Positions 9,974 through 23,380 are shown, counted from the stretch's first letter. The stretch: DNA of 64,000 nt from Candidatus Bathyarchaeota archaeon (GCA_963815095.1 CAWFFH010000008.1:48986-112985), one strand, 5' to 3'. Notes: generated by a model not told the origin, from the letters alone. Made by a program: numbers and translations.

Positions 9974-11248
9974 ATGGCCAAAAAGCTATCGCTTGCATTG
10001 TGCATTTGTTTGATGGTCTGCTATTCATTTAATATGTATTATACTGAGGCGTCAGCTCAACTCAATCAACAATATCCTCTTTCGGAATTGTTTCGATCAC
10101 CTCCGCTCCAACTTCTTTTATTTTTGGAAATTCAATAATCGGCACAAATCTCGGGCAAAACGATGCTAACGCTCAATCTATCTCGTACTTCACATGCACT
10201 GCAACGGGATCAATTACTGACATAATAGCATATCAATGGAGTGTCATCAGGCAGTGCGATAGCAGCATTATATGCAGTTAGCGGAGGGTCAGCAGGAGTT
10301 TTACTGGTACAACCCATCCCCTAAACGTAAGCACCGATTTTTCATGGAAAGACTTCCAACTACAAACACCGTATACTGTAACATCAGGCACGACCTACGG
10401 ACTCGCAATAATGGGCAACATTGCCCTAAACATTATGGAGGGTGCAACAGGTCAACGAGACCACAATGCTGTCAGTTCCTACGTAAATGGCTTCAAAAAT
10501 CCTTTCGGAACCATATGGGGAACCGATAACAGTGGCGCTATGAGCATTTATGCAATAGGCGCTACTTTGTCTCCGACTCCAACGCCTACTTTGTCTCCGA
10601 CTCCAACGCCTACTTTGTCGCCGATTCCAACGTCCAAACCATCTTCGGTAAACCTGGAACCTCTTAGCGCTTTCACCGAACAAGCCACTGATTACAGTTA
10701 CTCACACGTTGACTACTCGGTTACTCATAATGGGAATCCGAGCATTTACACTTCTTTGCCATCTATTCCTTTAGTGGTCGTGCCAACGGTGAAATTGATG
10801 GTGCTTGGGTTTTAGTTAATCCCGGGGACCATATAGATTTTGGATGTTGGATTTATGCACCAGACGATGCGCCTTATATTCGTGATCCAGCCTATTCAGG
10901 GGCAAGAACAGGCGTTGACTTCTATGTTTCCAGCGGATCAGCTAATTTAGGCATTGGGATTCCTTATTACAATGCTATTCATGCTGGAGGGCATCCTGAT
11001 AATTACGTGGGTGAACCAACCGCTCGGATGTGAATATTCAGTTTGGTACTGCTGGGTGGCAATATGTAGAGTGGGACTTCTACATTCCAACCGACACATT
11101 CACTTTGATGTATGGAGGAAATCCATGGGCGTTGCATACTATTCCTTCAACGCAAATCCAAAGTATTGTGCCTTGGTTAGACCTTTCAAATTATGATGAT
11201 GCTTGCCATGCATGGTTCTTAGAGCCAACTTTATACATCAATCCATAA
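9974..11248 (+). CDS. Secreted two-domain protein with Pro/Thr linker and CBM-like C-terminal domain (several frameshifts)
   Basis: Signal peptide MAKKLSLALCICLMVC, TLSPTPTP linker, C-terminal domain homologous to 41961-42533. Confidence 0.65.
10562..10633 (+). repeat. 3 x 24-bp tandem repeat encoding TLSPTPTP
   Basis: ctactttgtctccgactccaacgc twice exactly, third copy slightly degenerate. Confidence 0.9.
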
Positions 11249-11480
11249 TACTTTTTCTTTTGAGTGAACTTCAAAAATTATAGCCAATTTTAGACTCGAC
11301 AAATAGATAAAATAACAATCGACCAATTTGGAGACCTAAGACTGAGCCTGGACTTAACCGAAGCACGCAGATATGCTAAGTAGCGTGGGGATTGATATGT
11401 CTTTTTCAATTCATTGATATTAAATTAGTTTAGGCGATTTCTGAAATGGTTAGTTGATAATCTTCAGCAAGGCGTAGACT

Positions 11481-13057
11481 ATGGAAAAAAATAAGCTCCT
11501 CTTAATCCCTTTTTTTTGTAGGCCTTGCGCTTTTAATATATTCATGGTACTTGAGTTTTCCTTTATCGGTTGATTTTGTCAGTGACTCAATTTTTAATCA
11601 TATTTCAATTTTGTATTGGTTCAGTATTCCTTTATTGTTTACGTCGATGTTTCTGATTTCTATTAGTTTCAAAAACAAGTATTGGATATGGATAGTAACT
11701 ATCAGCTTTGTATTTGTACTCTATTCATTATCGTACTTCTATTTCACAATGTCAACCGCCGATGCAGCTTTTTTCAGAGGGCTGACAGAAAATTTCATTA
11801 AAACGAATAGTTTGAACGCTTCACAATATATCCATAGTTATTACCAGTGGCCTTCTTTTTTCCTTTTAGCTGGAATAACCACATTAATCAGCGGATTAAA
11901 TTTGGCTAATTATGAATTCATACTCTATGCAATTTTAGGGTTTCTACTTGCAACTGCTTTGTATATTTACTGCTTCAAAGGCATACAATCGCGGTGCTTT
12001 TTTCGCTGTTTCGGCCTTCTTTGTTGTAATGTTTTTGTTCTTGAATTATCAAGCCGTTCCATTCTCGCTTGCATTTGCGCTTCTGCTTGTCATGTTAGTT
12101 TTGGAGACAAGAGAAAAGGGTGCTGGTACCATATTGGCAATGTTCGTCTTGTATGTAAGTACAGTAATTACGCATGCTTTTGTTCCCCTTTTTTTTGTAA
12201 TCTATTTACTCATTCGGAGCATTATAGGCAGAAGTAGACAGTATTTCGAATTTTTTATGTTGACATTAATCATCTATGTCTTAGCGCAAATAACATTTGT
12301 TGTATTTTCTTTTAAGAGTAATATTATTAGCGTTTTTGCCGCACCGAGCGAATATTCCAATGTCGCGGGGGCTACTCTTGCATCAACTTCCGTTGAGATT
12401 GATGCAATCCCCCATTTCTTTTCTAGATGGATAACAATTGCATTTGCAATTTTATGTATTGCAGGTTTCGTTTTCCTATTATATAGAAGAAAGTTAAGGA
12501 AAATAGACACTGCTATTTTTTTAACGGGAATTGTTTATTCGGGTTTAGGTGTTGTTCTTAATGTCTTAGGAACACGTGCAATATCACTACTCTTTATTCC
12601 AATCACATTGGGGGTAGCTTATCTTTTTCAAAGCAAGTTTAGAAAATACCTTAAATTTTTGTTTGTTATCCTGTTAGTTTTTGTTGTTTTCATTCCAATG
12701 CATCCTTCATTTAGTAGTTATCCAATAACTTTTCAAACAAAAGAGGATATTGCGACATCTAACTTCATGATCGAGAAATACGATTGGGCATCCAAAAGCA
12801 TAGTAATTACTGATTCTTATAGGAGTTGGTATATACTTCCACAAGTACAGGGAAATACAGAAATCGATTCCAACCTCATTTCGCGCTTTGGGATATTAAA
12901 CATTACTAAGTATGATTCCATAGTATATTCGGTGGGTTTGGCAGAAAGTCTATACGCGTCTAATATTTCAATTGAAGCTACATCTCAACAAATAATGGAT
13001 AAATTTGATATAGTTTATAATTCAGGTTTCTCTTACATTGCAACCAAAAGCAGGTAA
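11481..13057 (+). CDS. Multipass membrane protein, candidate GT-C/Wzy-like polymerase (frameshifted)
   Basis: >10 hydrophobic segments, DAAFF and YYQWPSFF loop motifs; breaks in T-runs near 11515 and 11967. Confidence 0.55.
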
Positions 13058-13150
13058 AGTAATACTATAACAAATCTGTATCATCACTGATTTGTTAGAA
13101 ACTCCATAGTTGAATTTACGTACGATTATTCATAGCTTGGTTGGTCAAAT

Positions 13151-14233
13151 TTGAACATTCTGTATTATGGTGAGCCTAATTTAGCAAAAGGGGGCGGCGT
13201 AAATAAAGTCGCTTACTACCTTCCCGAAGCTTTGAGAAAAAAAATAGGTGTCACTTACTTGCCAAGTATTAAGTCAAATAAAAATTTTCTAGAAATTTAC
13301 TTAAAAGTATTTAGCCAGTTTGTCAAAAAAGAATTCGATATTATTCATTTCAATGCTAATCCTGCCTGGATTAATGGAAGTTCTATGTTGTTGAGATTTG
13401 CAAAGTTGACCCAAACTCCCACGATTCTCAATATTCACGGTATTCCTCAGTTAGAACGGATAGCTGAAAAGGTTAATGATTCTGTTTCATTTTCTGATTG
13501 GATGCCTACTTTAATCTATTGCAACTTGGCAGACCGAATAGTTGTCAACTCAGAATTTATGCGAAATAATGTTGTTGCATGGTATAGAGTAAATCCCCAA
13601 AAAGTTGTAGTTATCCCTAATGGTGTGGATCAAAAGATATTTACCAACTGTGATAATAGAATGCCCTTAGACGGTGATCCTTCTGTGTTGTATATTGGAC
13701 ACTTTTCAACGCTAAAAGGCGTTGATATCTTAATTCAATCGATAGCCCACCTTAAGTCTCAATTTCCAAATATTAAACTGCATCTCGTTGGGAGTGGCAA
13801 TGATCACTATTTTTCGCTTATTGCGAAGAAGGAAGGAATTGAAAAAAATGTGGTTTTTCACGGTTGGGCAAAGCAACCGGTGGCAGCTTGTTACTATAAA
13901 TCTGCGGATATTTGCGTTTTTCCTTCAAGGCATGAAGGTTTTGGGTTAGTTGTTCTTGAAGCTATGGCTTCAGGAATACCCATAATAGCTTCGGATATTC
14001 CAAGTTTTAGGGAAATAATCTCTGATGGAGTAGATGGCAAGCTATTCAAAACCGAGGATTCTGGTGCCTTGTCAAAGGCAATAGTTAATTTAAGCCAAGA
14101 TCCTCAACTGAGAAAAGAATTATCTCTTAATGCATATCAAAAAGCTTCACAATACAGCTGGGAAAACATAGCCGACAAATACATTCTGTTGTACAAATCC
14201 TTACTCAATTGTGCTTCTATAAATTACAATTAA
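13151..14233 (+). CDS. GT4 glycosyltransferase
   Basis: GGG, IPNGVD, LKGVD, EGFGLVVLEAM. Confidence 0.9.
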   Translation: MNILYYGEPNLAKGGGVNKVAYYLPEALRKKIGVTYLPSIKSNKNFLEIYLKVFSQFVKKEFDIIHFNANPAWINGSSMLLRFAKLTQTPTILNIHGIPQLERIAEKVNDSVSFSDWMPTLIYCNLADRIVVNSEFMRNNVVAWYRVNPQKVVVIPNGVDQKIFTNCDNRMPLDGDPSVLYIGHFSTLKGVDILIQSIAHLKSQFPNIKLHLVGSGNDHYFSLIAKKEGIEKNVVFHGWAKQPVAACYYKSADICVFPSRHEGFGLVVLEAMASGIPIIASDIPSFREIISDGVDGKLFKTEDSGALSKAIVNLSQDPQLRKELSLNAYQKASQYSWENIADKYILLYKSLLNCASINYN

Positions 14234-14337
14234 AGAGGGCCAAAAGGAAGTTTTCTGTTTTAATAATAGTTGGCTGACCTAAATGGTGCTTTTTCCTCAA
14301 AGAGAACCTGCGTTTGATTTTTTGGGAGTTTTAAGTA

Positions 14338-15206
14338 ATGGGAATAAATGTTAGCATTTTAATTACTGTTAGGAACGTTGAGCAATACATTGATCGATGT
14401 TTAAAATCTATATTACAACAGACATTTACTGATTTTGAGGTTATTTTGATCGATGATTTGAGTAATGACAAAACGAAGGATATAATAGAAAAATTCACAG
14501 ACAAACGAATAAGATATTTTAGAAACAAAGAATTACTTGGACTATCTCAGAGTAGAAATGAATGTGTGAAGCAGGCAAGAGGCGATTTTGTTTTCTTCAC
14601 TGATGGTGATTGCGTAGTTTCCCAAATTGGCTTCAGGAAGGAATAACATATCTCAAAACCGCGGGTTACGTTGGTGTTGAAGGGAAAACTTACTACATTT
14701 CAAAAGAATACAAACCCACTCGTTCAGATGATGTGGTTGAAAATAAGACCGGCGAATTATTCATGACCTGCAATATTGCCTACAAGAAAGCAATTTATCG
14801 AAAGGATCGGTGGTTTTGATAAAAGATTTACTTACCATGAAGATCGAGATCTTGCCCTTAGAGCACTTAAGCAAGGCCGAATCTTTTTTAACCCTAAAAT
14901 GGTAGTGTATCATCAGAAAAAAACCTTAACACCCATACAGTTTTTAAAAAAAGGCAAAATACTTAGAAACAATGTATTGCTCTATAAGAAATCTAAAGAA
15001 AGACCTCTTTTCATCGGAAGAATCGTTTATCCAAAAGACTTGCTGGCAATAATTTTTCCTCCCTCTAATATTCACAAGTCTTTTTAGAAATGTGAATAAA
15101 ACAAAAAGAAGATTTTGCTTTATTCTCCTTTATTTACATAAAACTAGTTTATGAACGCCTTACATTATGGGATATGTGCGCAAGAGAACGAGTTTTTCTA
15201 ATTTAA
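14338..15206 (+). CDS. GT2 glycosyltransferase (frameshifted)
   Basis: SILITVRN, IDDLSND, SRN, FTDGD, CNIAY, GGFD, HEDRD across 4 fragments. Confidence 0.8.
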
Positions 15207-15375
15207 AAAGCAATAACTAAAATAAGGTAATTTCAACTCAATAATGAGCGTTTTCCAATTTGACAAAAAACCTTATGCAATTAAAAAGTGTCTTTTTAAC
15301 ATTAAATAAACAAAATAAATTAGAGTTTCCTTTTCATCACACAGTAAAGTAATAGATCATTACAATAGTTTTAAA

Positions 15376-16860
15376 ATGCCTTAACTATTCAAGAGGGATT
15401 TGATATTATCTTAATTGTCGGGTTACTTTCTTTCATCTTTTCCTTTATTGTCCTTTTTTTTATTTGGATTTACCTTACTAACGGCAAAGTTTACAGTGGT
15501 GATACTTTTTTTCATCTACTTATAAGCGAGCACATACGCGAACATGATTGGAAATATCCTTCATCACTAGAAAATGTTAAGTTTATTGAAGGCGAAAAAA
15601 GATACAAATACTTGGCATATCCTCCTCTTCTTCATTATATTACTGCAATATTTCCAGTTAATTCTCATCTAAAATTAACAAAGATTCTTAATCTTATTAT
15701 CCTCTCAATCTTAAGCAGTTTGGCGGCAGCATTTCGTATATGATCTTACAACAAATCTTATTCTGGCAATTTTTGCAAGTTTCATAGCAATTTTCAACTT
15801 CTCAGTTTTTGAGCTTGTTACAATGTGGACGCCGCCGAGACCGTTAGGTGTGCTCTTTTATTCGCTTATTGTTCTTGGAGCGATTTTCTCTCCTCAAAGC
15901 GTTTTTTCAATAATAGCAATCACAGTGCTTGTTACGTTAGTCATTCTGACACATAAATTCGCATTGCAAGTTTTAGCATTCGGACTTATTCCATATGCCA
16001 TATTATTTAACACACCTTATCTCCTCTTGTCATTTGCCCTGGGTTTCTTGTTGTCAATAATTGTAAGCAGAGGTACCTACATAGAAATTTTTAAAGAGCA
16101 CCTCAGTTGGCTCTACTTTTACTCTAGAGTTAGGTTTCATTTTGAGAGATGTTTAAGAGAAAGTTAATGAGAATTTTTAATAAAAATTTCTGGTACTTAA
16201 CAATTGGCACATTAATCATAATTCTTCTTTTCCAAAATAATTTAAGTCTCTTGATATAATTCAGGTTTAGATTCACGCATACTTTTCTGGGCATTTGTTC
16301 CTATAGTAATTGCTCTTTTTGTTTCTCTTCCTAGGCTGTCCTTTTTAGGTGAAGAATACAGGTACGTTGAGTACGGTGTGGTTCCAGTTGCAATTCTTGT
16401 TTCAATTTTGGTGACAAGCGCAAATAACTTTTCTTGGTTGATATTGTTGGTATCTTATTTTTATATGCATCGTCTTGTGTTTTATTATTTTGTTGAAGTA
16501 CAAAGAATACCTTTGCAATTCAAGAGCTTTGGTCAATTCAGATGATATAATATCATATCGTTCTTTGGCTTCTTATAGATTAAGCAATTTACTAATATTT
16601 CCGCCAACAAGGACTCTGGAAGTTAGGTATTTTACAAAATTAAATGTTGTTCATCAGGTTCGTAAGGCATCAGGGTTTAAATCTGATTCTGAATACGGAA
16701 TACCTATTAAGCAAAGGCAATGTTCAATACGTTTTGAAATTTAAAGGCACTGACCCATTCCAACTATTCATGCGTCTATCAAACATTGTGAAAATGAAAA
16801 AAATTTGCAGATTTTACGAATTTTGAATTATTCGAATTACTGCCCGAAAATTCTGATTAA
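15376..16860 (+). CDS. Multipass membrane protein, GT-C-fold-like (multiple frameshifts)
   Basis: N-terminal TM then GDTFFH and YPPLLH loop motifs, many TM segments, GEEYRY; boundaries approximate. Confidence 0.5.
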
Positions 16861-16942
16861 AGTTCTTTTGCATTTTTTAGATTAAACCTTAATTTGATCT
16901 ATCAACAAAAGTTGGTAAAATACTATTTAGTCTTTTAGATGG

Positions 16943-17263
16943 TTGTCTTATCACCAAAGAATATTACACGAAAACCAACTAAATTTCATAAAATGGGTCG
17001 ATATTTTAACTATTTTCACCCCAAAAGTCTTTTTGTACAAAGAATCTGGCGAAACACCTTTTTCTCTTTGGCGTATTGGTTGGCCGCTTAACTTTGCGCC
17101 CGTCATTTTTCCGCCTTTATTTTTGACGATATTATTGTTCAAATTTCACATCATTTATAACAATTGGAGAGCTAAGTTTGTTATATTCTTGTTAGTCAAC
17201 GCAGTTTTCGAACGCTTGCAAATATCGAAGACATGTGCCCGAGGAAAAGTCTTTTTGAATTAA
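16943..17263 (+). pseudogene. Orphan C-terminal fragment of a GT2 paralog
   Basis: YHQ..LYK..RI..P..IFPP..ERL..CAR.KVFL aligns to the C-terminus of 14338-15206; no catalytic domain. Confidence 0.6.
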
Positions 17264-17401
17264 ATTACTGTCGTCTTAGTATTTTTAACTAAACAATAGT
17301 TAGTTGTCATTTGCAGTTTATGAAATCATTCTGTTTTTCGTTTTTGTCTGTAGACGATGTACGTTGAACCTTGGAAAAATTTTTTTGGGGGTTGATTTTG
17401 T

Positions 17402-18602
17402 TTGTTAGTTGTTATTAGAAACGGGAAAGAGCTTTCACTAAAAACAAATTTCCTTATTAAACTTTATGAATCAAGTTCTTTTACCCAAATACTACTTATT
17501 TATAGAAAAGACGCTGATAAGTATGGTGAAAAATGGGGCGACACCCGAATAGACTTAGGCTCTTCTACTTCAAGTATTTTGGCATATCTGCTCTTAACAA
17601 TCTTGAAGAACCCTCGTGATCTGCGTGACGGAATGCTGAGACGTTTATTCGGGAGGCGGACTGCACCTGTGCTTTCTGAAGAAGGATTTTTGTCAGTCCT
17701 TTCACAAGTCTTGTATTATTATTTTGCGGCTTCATCTCGAACTGATGCGATAGTAAGGTTTTTGAAAAGGGTTGAATCTTCAAAAGTCTTTCTAATAGAT
17801 GAGTTCTGGAGCATAAATACGGTAGATTTGAAAAAACTAAAGCATTTGGGTAGAATAGTTTATGTGTCTCAGGATGTCGCTTTCAATCGTTATGGGTTTC
17901 GAGACAATTTGATTACTAAGGAGTTAATGTATCAGTTTGAGCGGACCGCGATTGATCAAGTGGATGTGGTTATCGCCTGCAGTGAGCGAGACAGACTTAA
18001 ATATGTAGAAATGGGTGCCAAAAAATCAGTTTATTATCCTAATATTTATCCCCTTGAGGAATTTGAGGCAAGTGTAAAAGATCAGTTGCCGAGTATCGTT
18101 ATAGTTTCGCGAGGGCATGGGGATCAAAAGCTGAAAAATCTCTTGAGGAGATTTTCAAAGCTTTGTCGTTTCTAGTAGGACCATCAAGGTTACGGTTATT
18201 GGTGTCAAACCCAAAAAGGTTTCTAAAAACATTAGATTGCAGCATTATGAGTTCATTCCGATCAAATTGGATTATTTACATGTCCTTAGCAAATCTTGGA
18301 TTGGAATAAACATAGGTTTTCATATGGCTGGATCAAATGAAAGAAAATATGACTATGCAATGGCTGGATTAGTAGTTTTCTCGGATACAATGGGTACTCG
18401 GGGAGACTTACTTCCAAACGAGTATACTTATGTTGACAGTCAAGACTTGGCAGCCAAATTAGAGCAACTTTTGCAATTTGGAAAAGATAGAATAGTGGAA
18501 ATGGGCAAACAAAATCGCGATCAAGCTTTATCCTTAGCTAAGAAACAACGTGAAATTCTTTTAAGAACAGTTAATGATTTGGTATTGATAAGAGTTAGTT
18601 GA
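17402..18602 (+). CDS. Divergent GT4-like (GT-B) protein (frameshifted)
   Basis: DVVIACSERD, YPNIYP, GSNERKYDYAMAGLVV resemble GT-B features; breaks near 18118 and 18174. Confidence 0.5.
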
Positions 18603-18669
18603 TTTTGTTGTTGGATCCATCGAGGTTAGTTTTGAATATTTGGGTATCTGAGACAGAAATAGAGGGGTA

Positions 18670-19848
18670 TTGTTTATGCGTATATGTCATATTTGGCAAA
18701 ACTTCATACCAATTGAGTTTGGAGGAGTAGAGCGTTACATACTGAGCTTGTCAGACTTTCTGTCCAATCAAGATCAAAACATGAATTTTCTCATGATTAC
18801 TGACAAAGCCGCTTACGTTCCTTTTTCCCGCGCGATTCGAACATCCAGCTGTCAAAGAATTAACAGTCTCGAAGTACATCGACTGGGACCTAACCTTTCC
18901 AGTTTTCTAAGAAGTTCGTCTTACAAACTTCTTGGTCGACAGTCAAACCTTTTGGACAAAATGTTGATTGCGAGCCTATTTAGAGAAGCTCCACCATAAA
19001 AGGTATTGATAAGGTAGATGTTTTTCATGTGCATGGATTTTGGCAGCCACTTTATCCTACAATAGGGCTTCTTTTAAGTCAACATTTCCATCGCCCCTTA
19101 TGATTACTCTTCATGGTGATTCAGTAAACCCAAACGATCGTTTCGCAATGCCCATAAGAGCTTCAGCAACGCTTGACGTGCTTAGACGAGCTGATGTGAT
19201 TACAACATATTCAGAGGAGACTCTCAATGTGTTGAAAGAACTTGATCTGGGTAAAACAAGTCGGTTAATACCTAATTTTGTAAATACGAAATTATTCAAA
19301 CGTCCAACTTTAATGGAAACGGTTCAGGAAATCGAATAGTGATGGTGACGAGGTTTAGTAAACCCAAGGATCCAATGACTCCAATTCGAGCTTTTGCTAA
19401 AGTTATAAAGGAAATACCTGAGGCAACTTTCACAATTGTGGGGTACGGTCCACTTTATGAAGATGCAAATCGTTTGGTTCAAGATTTGAATCTTGGAAAG
19501 TCGATCACAATGATTGGCATGAAATCAGATGTGAGAAAGTTTTTGTGGAATAGTGATATATCTATTGGAACAAGGGGTAGCTACATAACTACACTAGAAG
19601 CTTGGGCAGCTGGTCTCCCAGTTATTGCTCCAGATTTTGGAATCATGAAGGAAATAATTTCTAACGGTAAAAATGGCTTATTAACTCCCCCTGGCGATGC
19701 CGATCAGTTAGCGTCTGCAATAATAAATCTAATAAGAAACAAAGACCTTCGAGCAATGATCGTAGCAAACGGTATAGAAGCTGTGAAAAAACATGATATT
19801 CAAAAAGTTTCATCTTCCATAGCTGATATTTACAAATCGTTGCTGTAA
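18670..19848 (+). CDS. GT4 glycosyltransferase (frameshifted)
   Basis: PIEFGGVE, TLHG, IPNFV, TRFSKPK, LEAWAAGLPV. Confidence 0.8.
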
Positions 19849-19913
19849 ACTTGTTCAATAAATAGTTTGTAGGTCTTTTGATTTTGATCATTAAGAAACC
19901 CTGATTTTATTTT

Positions 19914-21049
19914 TTGAACTTGGTGTATAAGCAATCTTTAGAGGCAAAATGTAGGTGGAAAGATAAGTTGCTTATTCAAGAAAATACTCCTCTCGTGTCA
20001 GTTATTATTTTAAATTTCAACGGAGAAAACTATTTAGAGAAGTGTCTTTTTTCCGTTTTAGAAACAAAATACCCAAATTTTGAAGTAATTTTCGTAGATA
20101 ATGCATCCACAGATTCGAGCTTGAAAGTGGTTGAAAAAAACTTTGGAAATGACAAACGACTACGAATTTTCAAAAGCAGCGAAAATCTTGGTTTTAGCGC
20201 TGGCAATAATTTTGGTTTTAGACATGCGAGAGGACACTATATTGTTTTTCTAAACAATGATACAATCGCGGATCCTTATTGGCTTGATGCTTTGGTCAGT
20301 ACTATGGAAAAAGATAAAACAATTGGATTAGCTGGAAGTACAATACTATCAATTGATGGGAAGAAACTTCGAGGAGCTGGCGGGCTTTGGAGCGATTATC
20401 TTTTGTTCTTGTGGCCGGTAGGAGCAGGAAAAGAGGCGATTTTAAGTTTATTCCCACTTTTGAAGTTTCGTTTGCCACAGGTTGCTCATTGATAGCCCGA
20501 AAGGAATTTCTCAATGAAATAGGATTATTTGATCCAGATATACCTTACAATTATGACGATACTTTGTTATCAGTGAAAACGTGGCTTGCAGGCAAACGAG
20601 TTGTATCAGTGTCGGGTTCAAGAATATGCCACATTGGCGGAGCCACCACAAAGAAATTTTGGAATAGCCAATCAGTGACTTTCTCTCTTCTTAGAGCCAA
20701 AATGTGTTTGTTATTTGATGTATACTTCAATTTCAAGGATTTAATAAAAGCTTTATTTATTCTTTATTTTTCACTTGCGGTTGAATCGGGTTTTTTTGTG
20801 ATAGCCAAAAATCCTTCAGAAATACTGGGAAGTATTCGCGCTTCCACTTGGCTATTGAAAAATTTTAAACACGTATGGACGAATCGGCTGAACCATTGGA
20901 GCAACCCAAAAATCTCTCCTGAAATGTTAGTTGCAAAAGTAATTCGAATAAAGCTTCCATTTCCACTTTGCGTTGCACATTCTAAACTAACATATTCATT
21001 TTATCGTAATGAATGCTTGAAATACGAAAAAACTCTTTTTTCCAATTAA
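19914..21049 (+). CDS. GT2 glycosyltransferase (frameshifted)
   Basis: SVIILNFNG, VDNASTD, NLGFSAGNN, FLNND, YDDT; start may be ~19968. Confidence 0.85.
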
Positions 21050-21108
21050 CTTGAACTTCAATTATAAATAAAACATACTTAAATGTTGTACTTTAGGAGT
21101 GTAAATAT

Positions 21109-22179
21109 CTGCATAGTTTTTTCTTAACCTTCGATACTGAAGATTTCATAAGTGAAAACTCGGTTTCGAGCCTGCATAATATCTTGGTGCTCTTGAAAAA
21201 ACATGAATTAATCGGTTTGTTCTTCATAACTGGAAGCATGGCTGAAAAACTGTCAGACTTTCCAGATACCGTAGAATTACTAAGTGAGCACCAAATTGGT
21301 TATCACTCTTCCAGCCATTCTATTCACCCTACCCTTTTCGAGTTTACCGATGTAGAAAGTTATGAGGAGGCATATCAAACTTCCTTAATTCGAGAGACCG
21401 CCCATATCAATCCGTTAACAGGCGAGATTGAAGGGTCCGGTGGAATTCAAGCGCTCCAAGGCTTTTCCCCAAAAAACAAATAGTTTCATTTCGGGCACCT
21501 GGTTACTGCTGGACTCCGCCCCATCTTGACGCGATGAAAACCTTTGGCATAAAATATGATTTCTCAACAAACATCTCCATCGATCCGATCAGCTATCATG
21601 GAATCACGTTTTATCCCTTCACAATACTAGAAACAAACTGGCAAGGTGGAATCCGTGAGCACTATTTTCTTCAACGATTTACATTGAAGCGCGAGATTTC
21701 TGTTTTGACAATTCATCCTAGCACAATGGTAAACAAACTCGATTGGGACTTAATTTACTACCATAAACATAACAACTTTAAACTTAATCCTACAAATCTT
21801 GCTCAGCCTCCTGCAAGAAGTCCTGAAGAAATAAAATCTAAATATCGTAGATTCGATTTACTCTTAAGACATCTGGCAACACTTCAGAAGTTTCATCTTT
21901 TGAAAGTAACACCTGAACTTAAAACAACAAATAAAACTCTGCATCCGATCATCAATAGATGTGGAGAAATGTTATAAATTGAGTATTAAATGGGCAGAAG
22001 GGTTTGGATACAAGCCGCATTTTATTTATAATCACTTTATCCGATTTTTCGATAAAGATTCGCAGAATAATGCAACGCCAATTCTTAGTTCACTTAATCA
22101 TCATTATGAAGCAGAAATTTTTCAATCCAATTTTAGCTTATTTAGCGTCCCATTCTGTTGTCCTTCATTTTTGGCGTGA
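21109..22179 (+). CDS. Polysaccharide deacetylase (NodB/CE4-like), frameshifted
   Basis: LTFDTED, LFFITG, IGYHSSSH, SFRAPG, IHP motifs. Confidence 0.7.
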
Positions 22180-23380
22180 TTCTTTGTTGTTCGATAAAAC
22201 AATTGTAAACTCACTTCGTTACAACGCGCGTGTCCGTCCAGGAAGTGCGCTTAGCTCAAGACTTGAGAGACTATCTTCGTGACACTTCGCGTAACGGTAT
22301 TTCGAAATTGATACCAAAGATGCTCATACAATTAGGGTTTCGAATGTCCTAAAGATTGGAGGTGGGTTTTGGAGTGATGTATTCTCCATATCTCTTACTT
22401 ATATGGACGGAACACCCTCAACACCGTAATCTTGTCTTGAAAACTTATCTCGTGAACATCGATCCTGTGATGAAAGCATATATTCATGATGAAGACCTTA
22501 GGAAATGTGTAAGAGAATTTCAGGCTCTAAAAAGTCTTAAGAGAATTGGTTTTCCTGTCCCAGAAGTATACCTTTGTGAGTGTGATTCCCGTTTTCTTGG
22601 TTACCCTTTCGTAATAATGCAGAAAGAAGAAGTGACTCAAAAAAGCATCAATGAGATAGTGGATAGCTTTGCCTCAACACTCGCAAATCTTCATAATCTC
22701 AAAGTGGCCGACTAGGAATAGCTGTTCTTAGAACTCCTAAAGACGGATATGCATTTGCGAGACGTTGGCCAATTCATTTCAAGCACTATTTGAATCTTGA
22801 AACCAAACATCCCAAAAGACTTAAAAAAGATTTTAATCTGGCAGTTCAATGGCTTAATTCAAATGTGCCGAACAACTATTGTCCACAATATTGTTTAGCT
22901 CACGGGGATTACCATCCAGGTAACGTTTGTGTAACCAAGGATTCAAGGATGATTGTATTAGACTGGGACTCAATTGAAATTGGCGACCCAGCTTACGATG
23001 TTGGTTATGCTTATCACTTTGTTAAATTTTTCAGTAACCCCAAAAATCCAAATTCTGCTCAGAGAACTGCCGAACGATTTGTTTCAGAATACAATAAGAA
23101 TTTCGAAGGAGACATTAGCCAGAGACTTGAATATTACAAAATGGTTGGACTCTTAGGGACATCCATTTACTACAGTTCGGGATTATCAAATCCCGTTTAC
23201 GCCTACAAATATCATCGACGCAAAGTTTTACCTACATTTCCTTTTCTCAGTGGGCTATTCATTCTACTCGGATTTCCATTTATTCGATGGCCCTCTGTTG
23301 CTCGGCAATTGGCATCTGAAGGGGATCTTCTTTGGTTAAAATATTATGAAAATTATCTTGAAGAAGCGTTAAAACAATAG
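22106..23380 (+). CDS. Aminoglycoside/choline phosphotransferase (APH) family kinase 1 (frameshifted)
   Basis: LVLK, REFQAL...GFPVP, GYPFVIM, HGDYHPGN, DWD...GDPAYD; start approximate. Confidence 0.75.

Noticed and set aside
13068-13097. 9-bp inverted repeat taacaaatc/gatttgtta after the membrane gene
   Set aside because: Single AT-rich hairpin; could be chance or an ordinary 3' structure.
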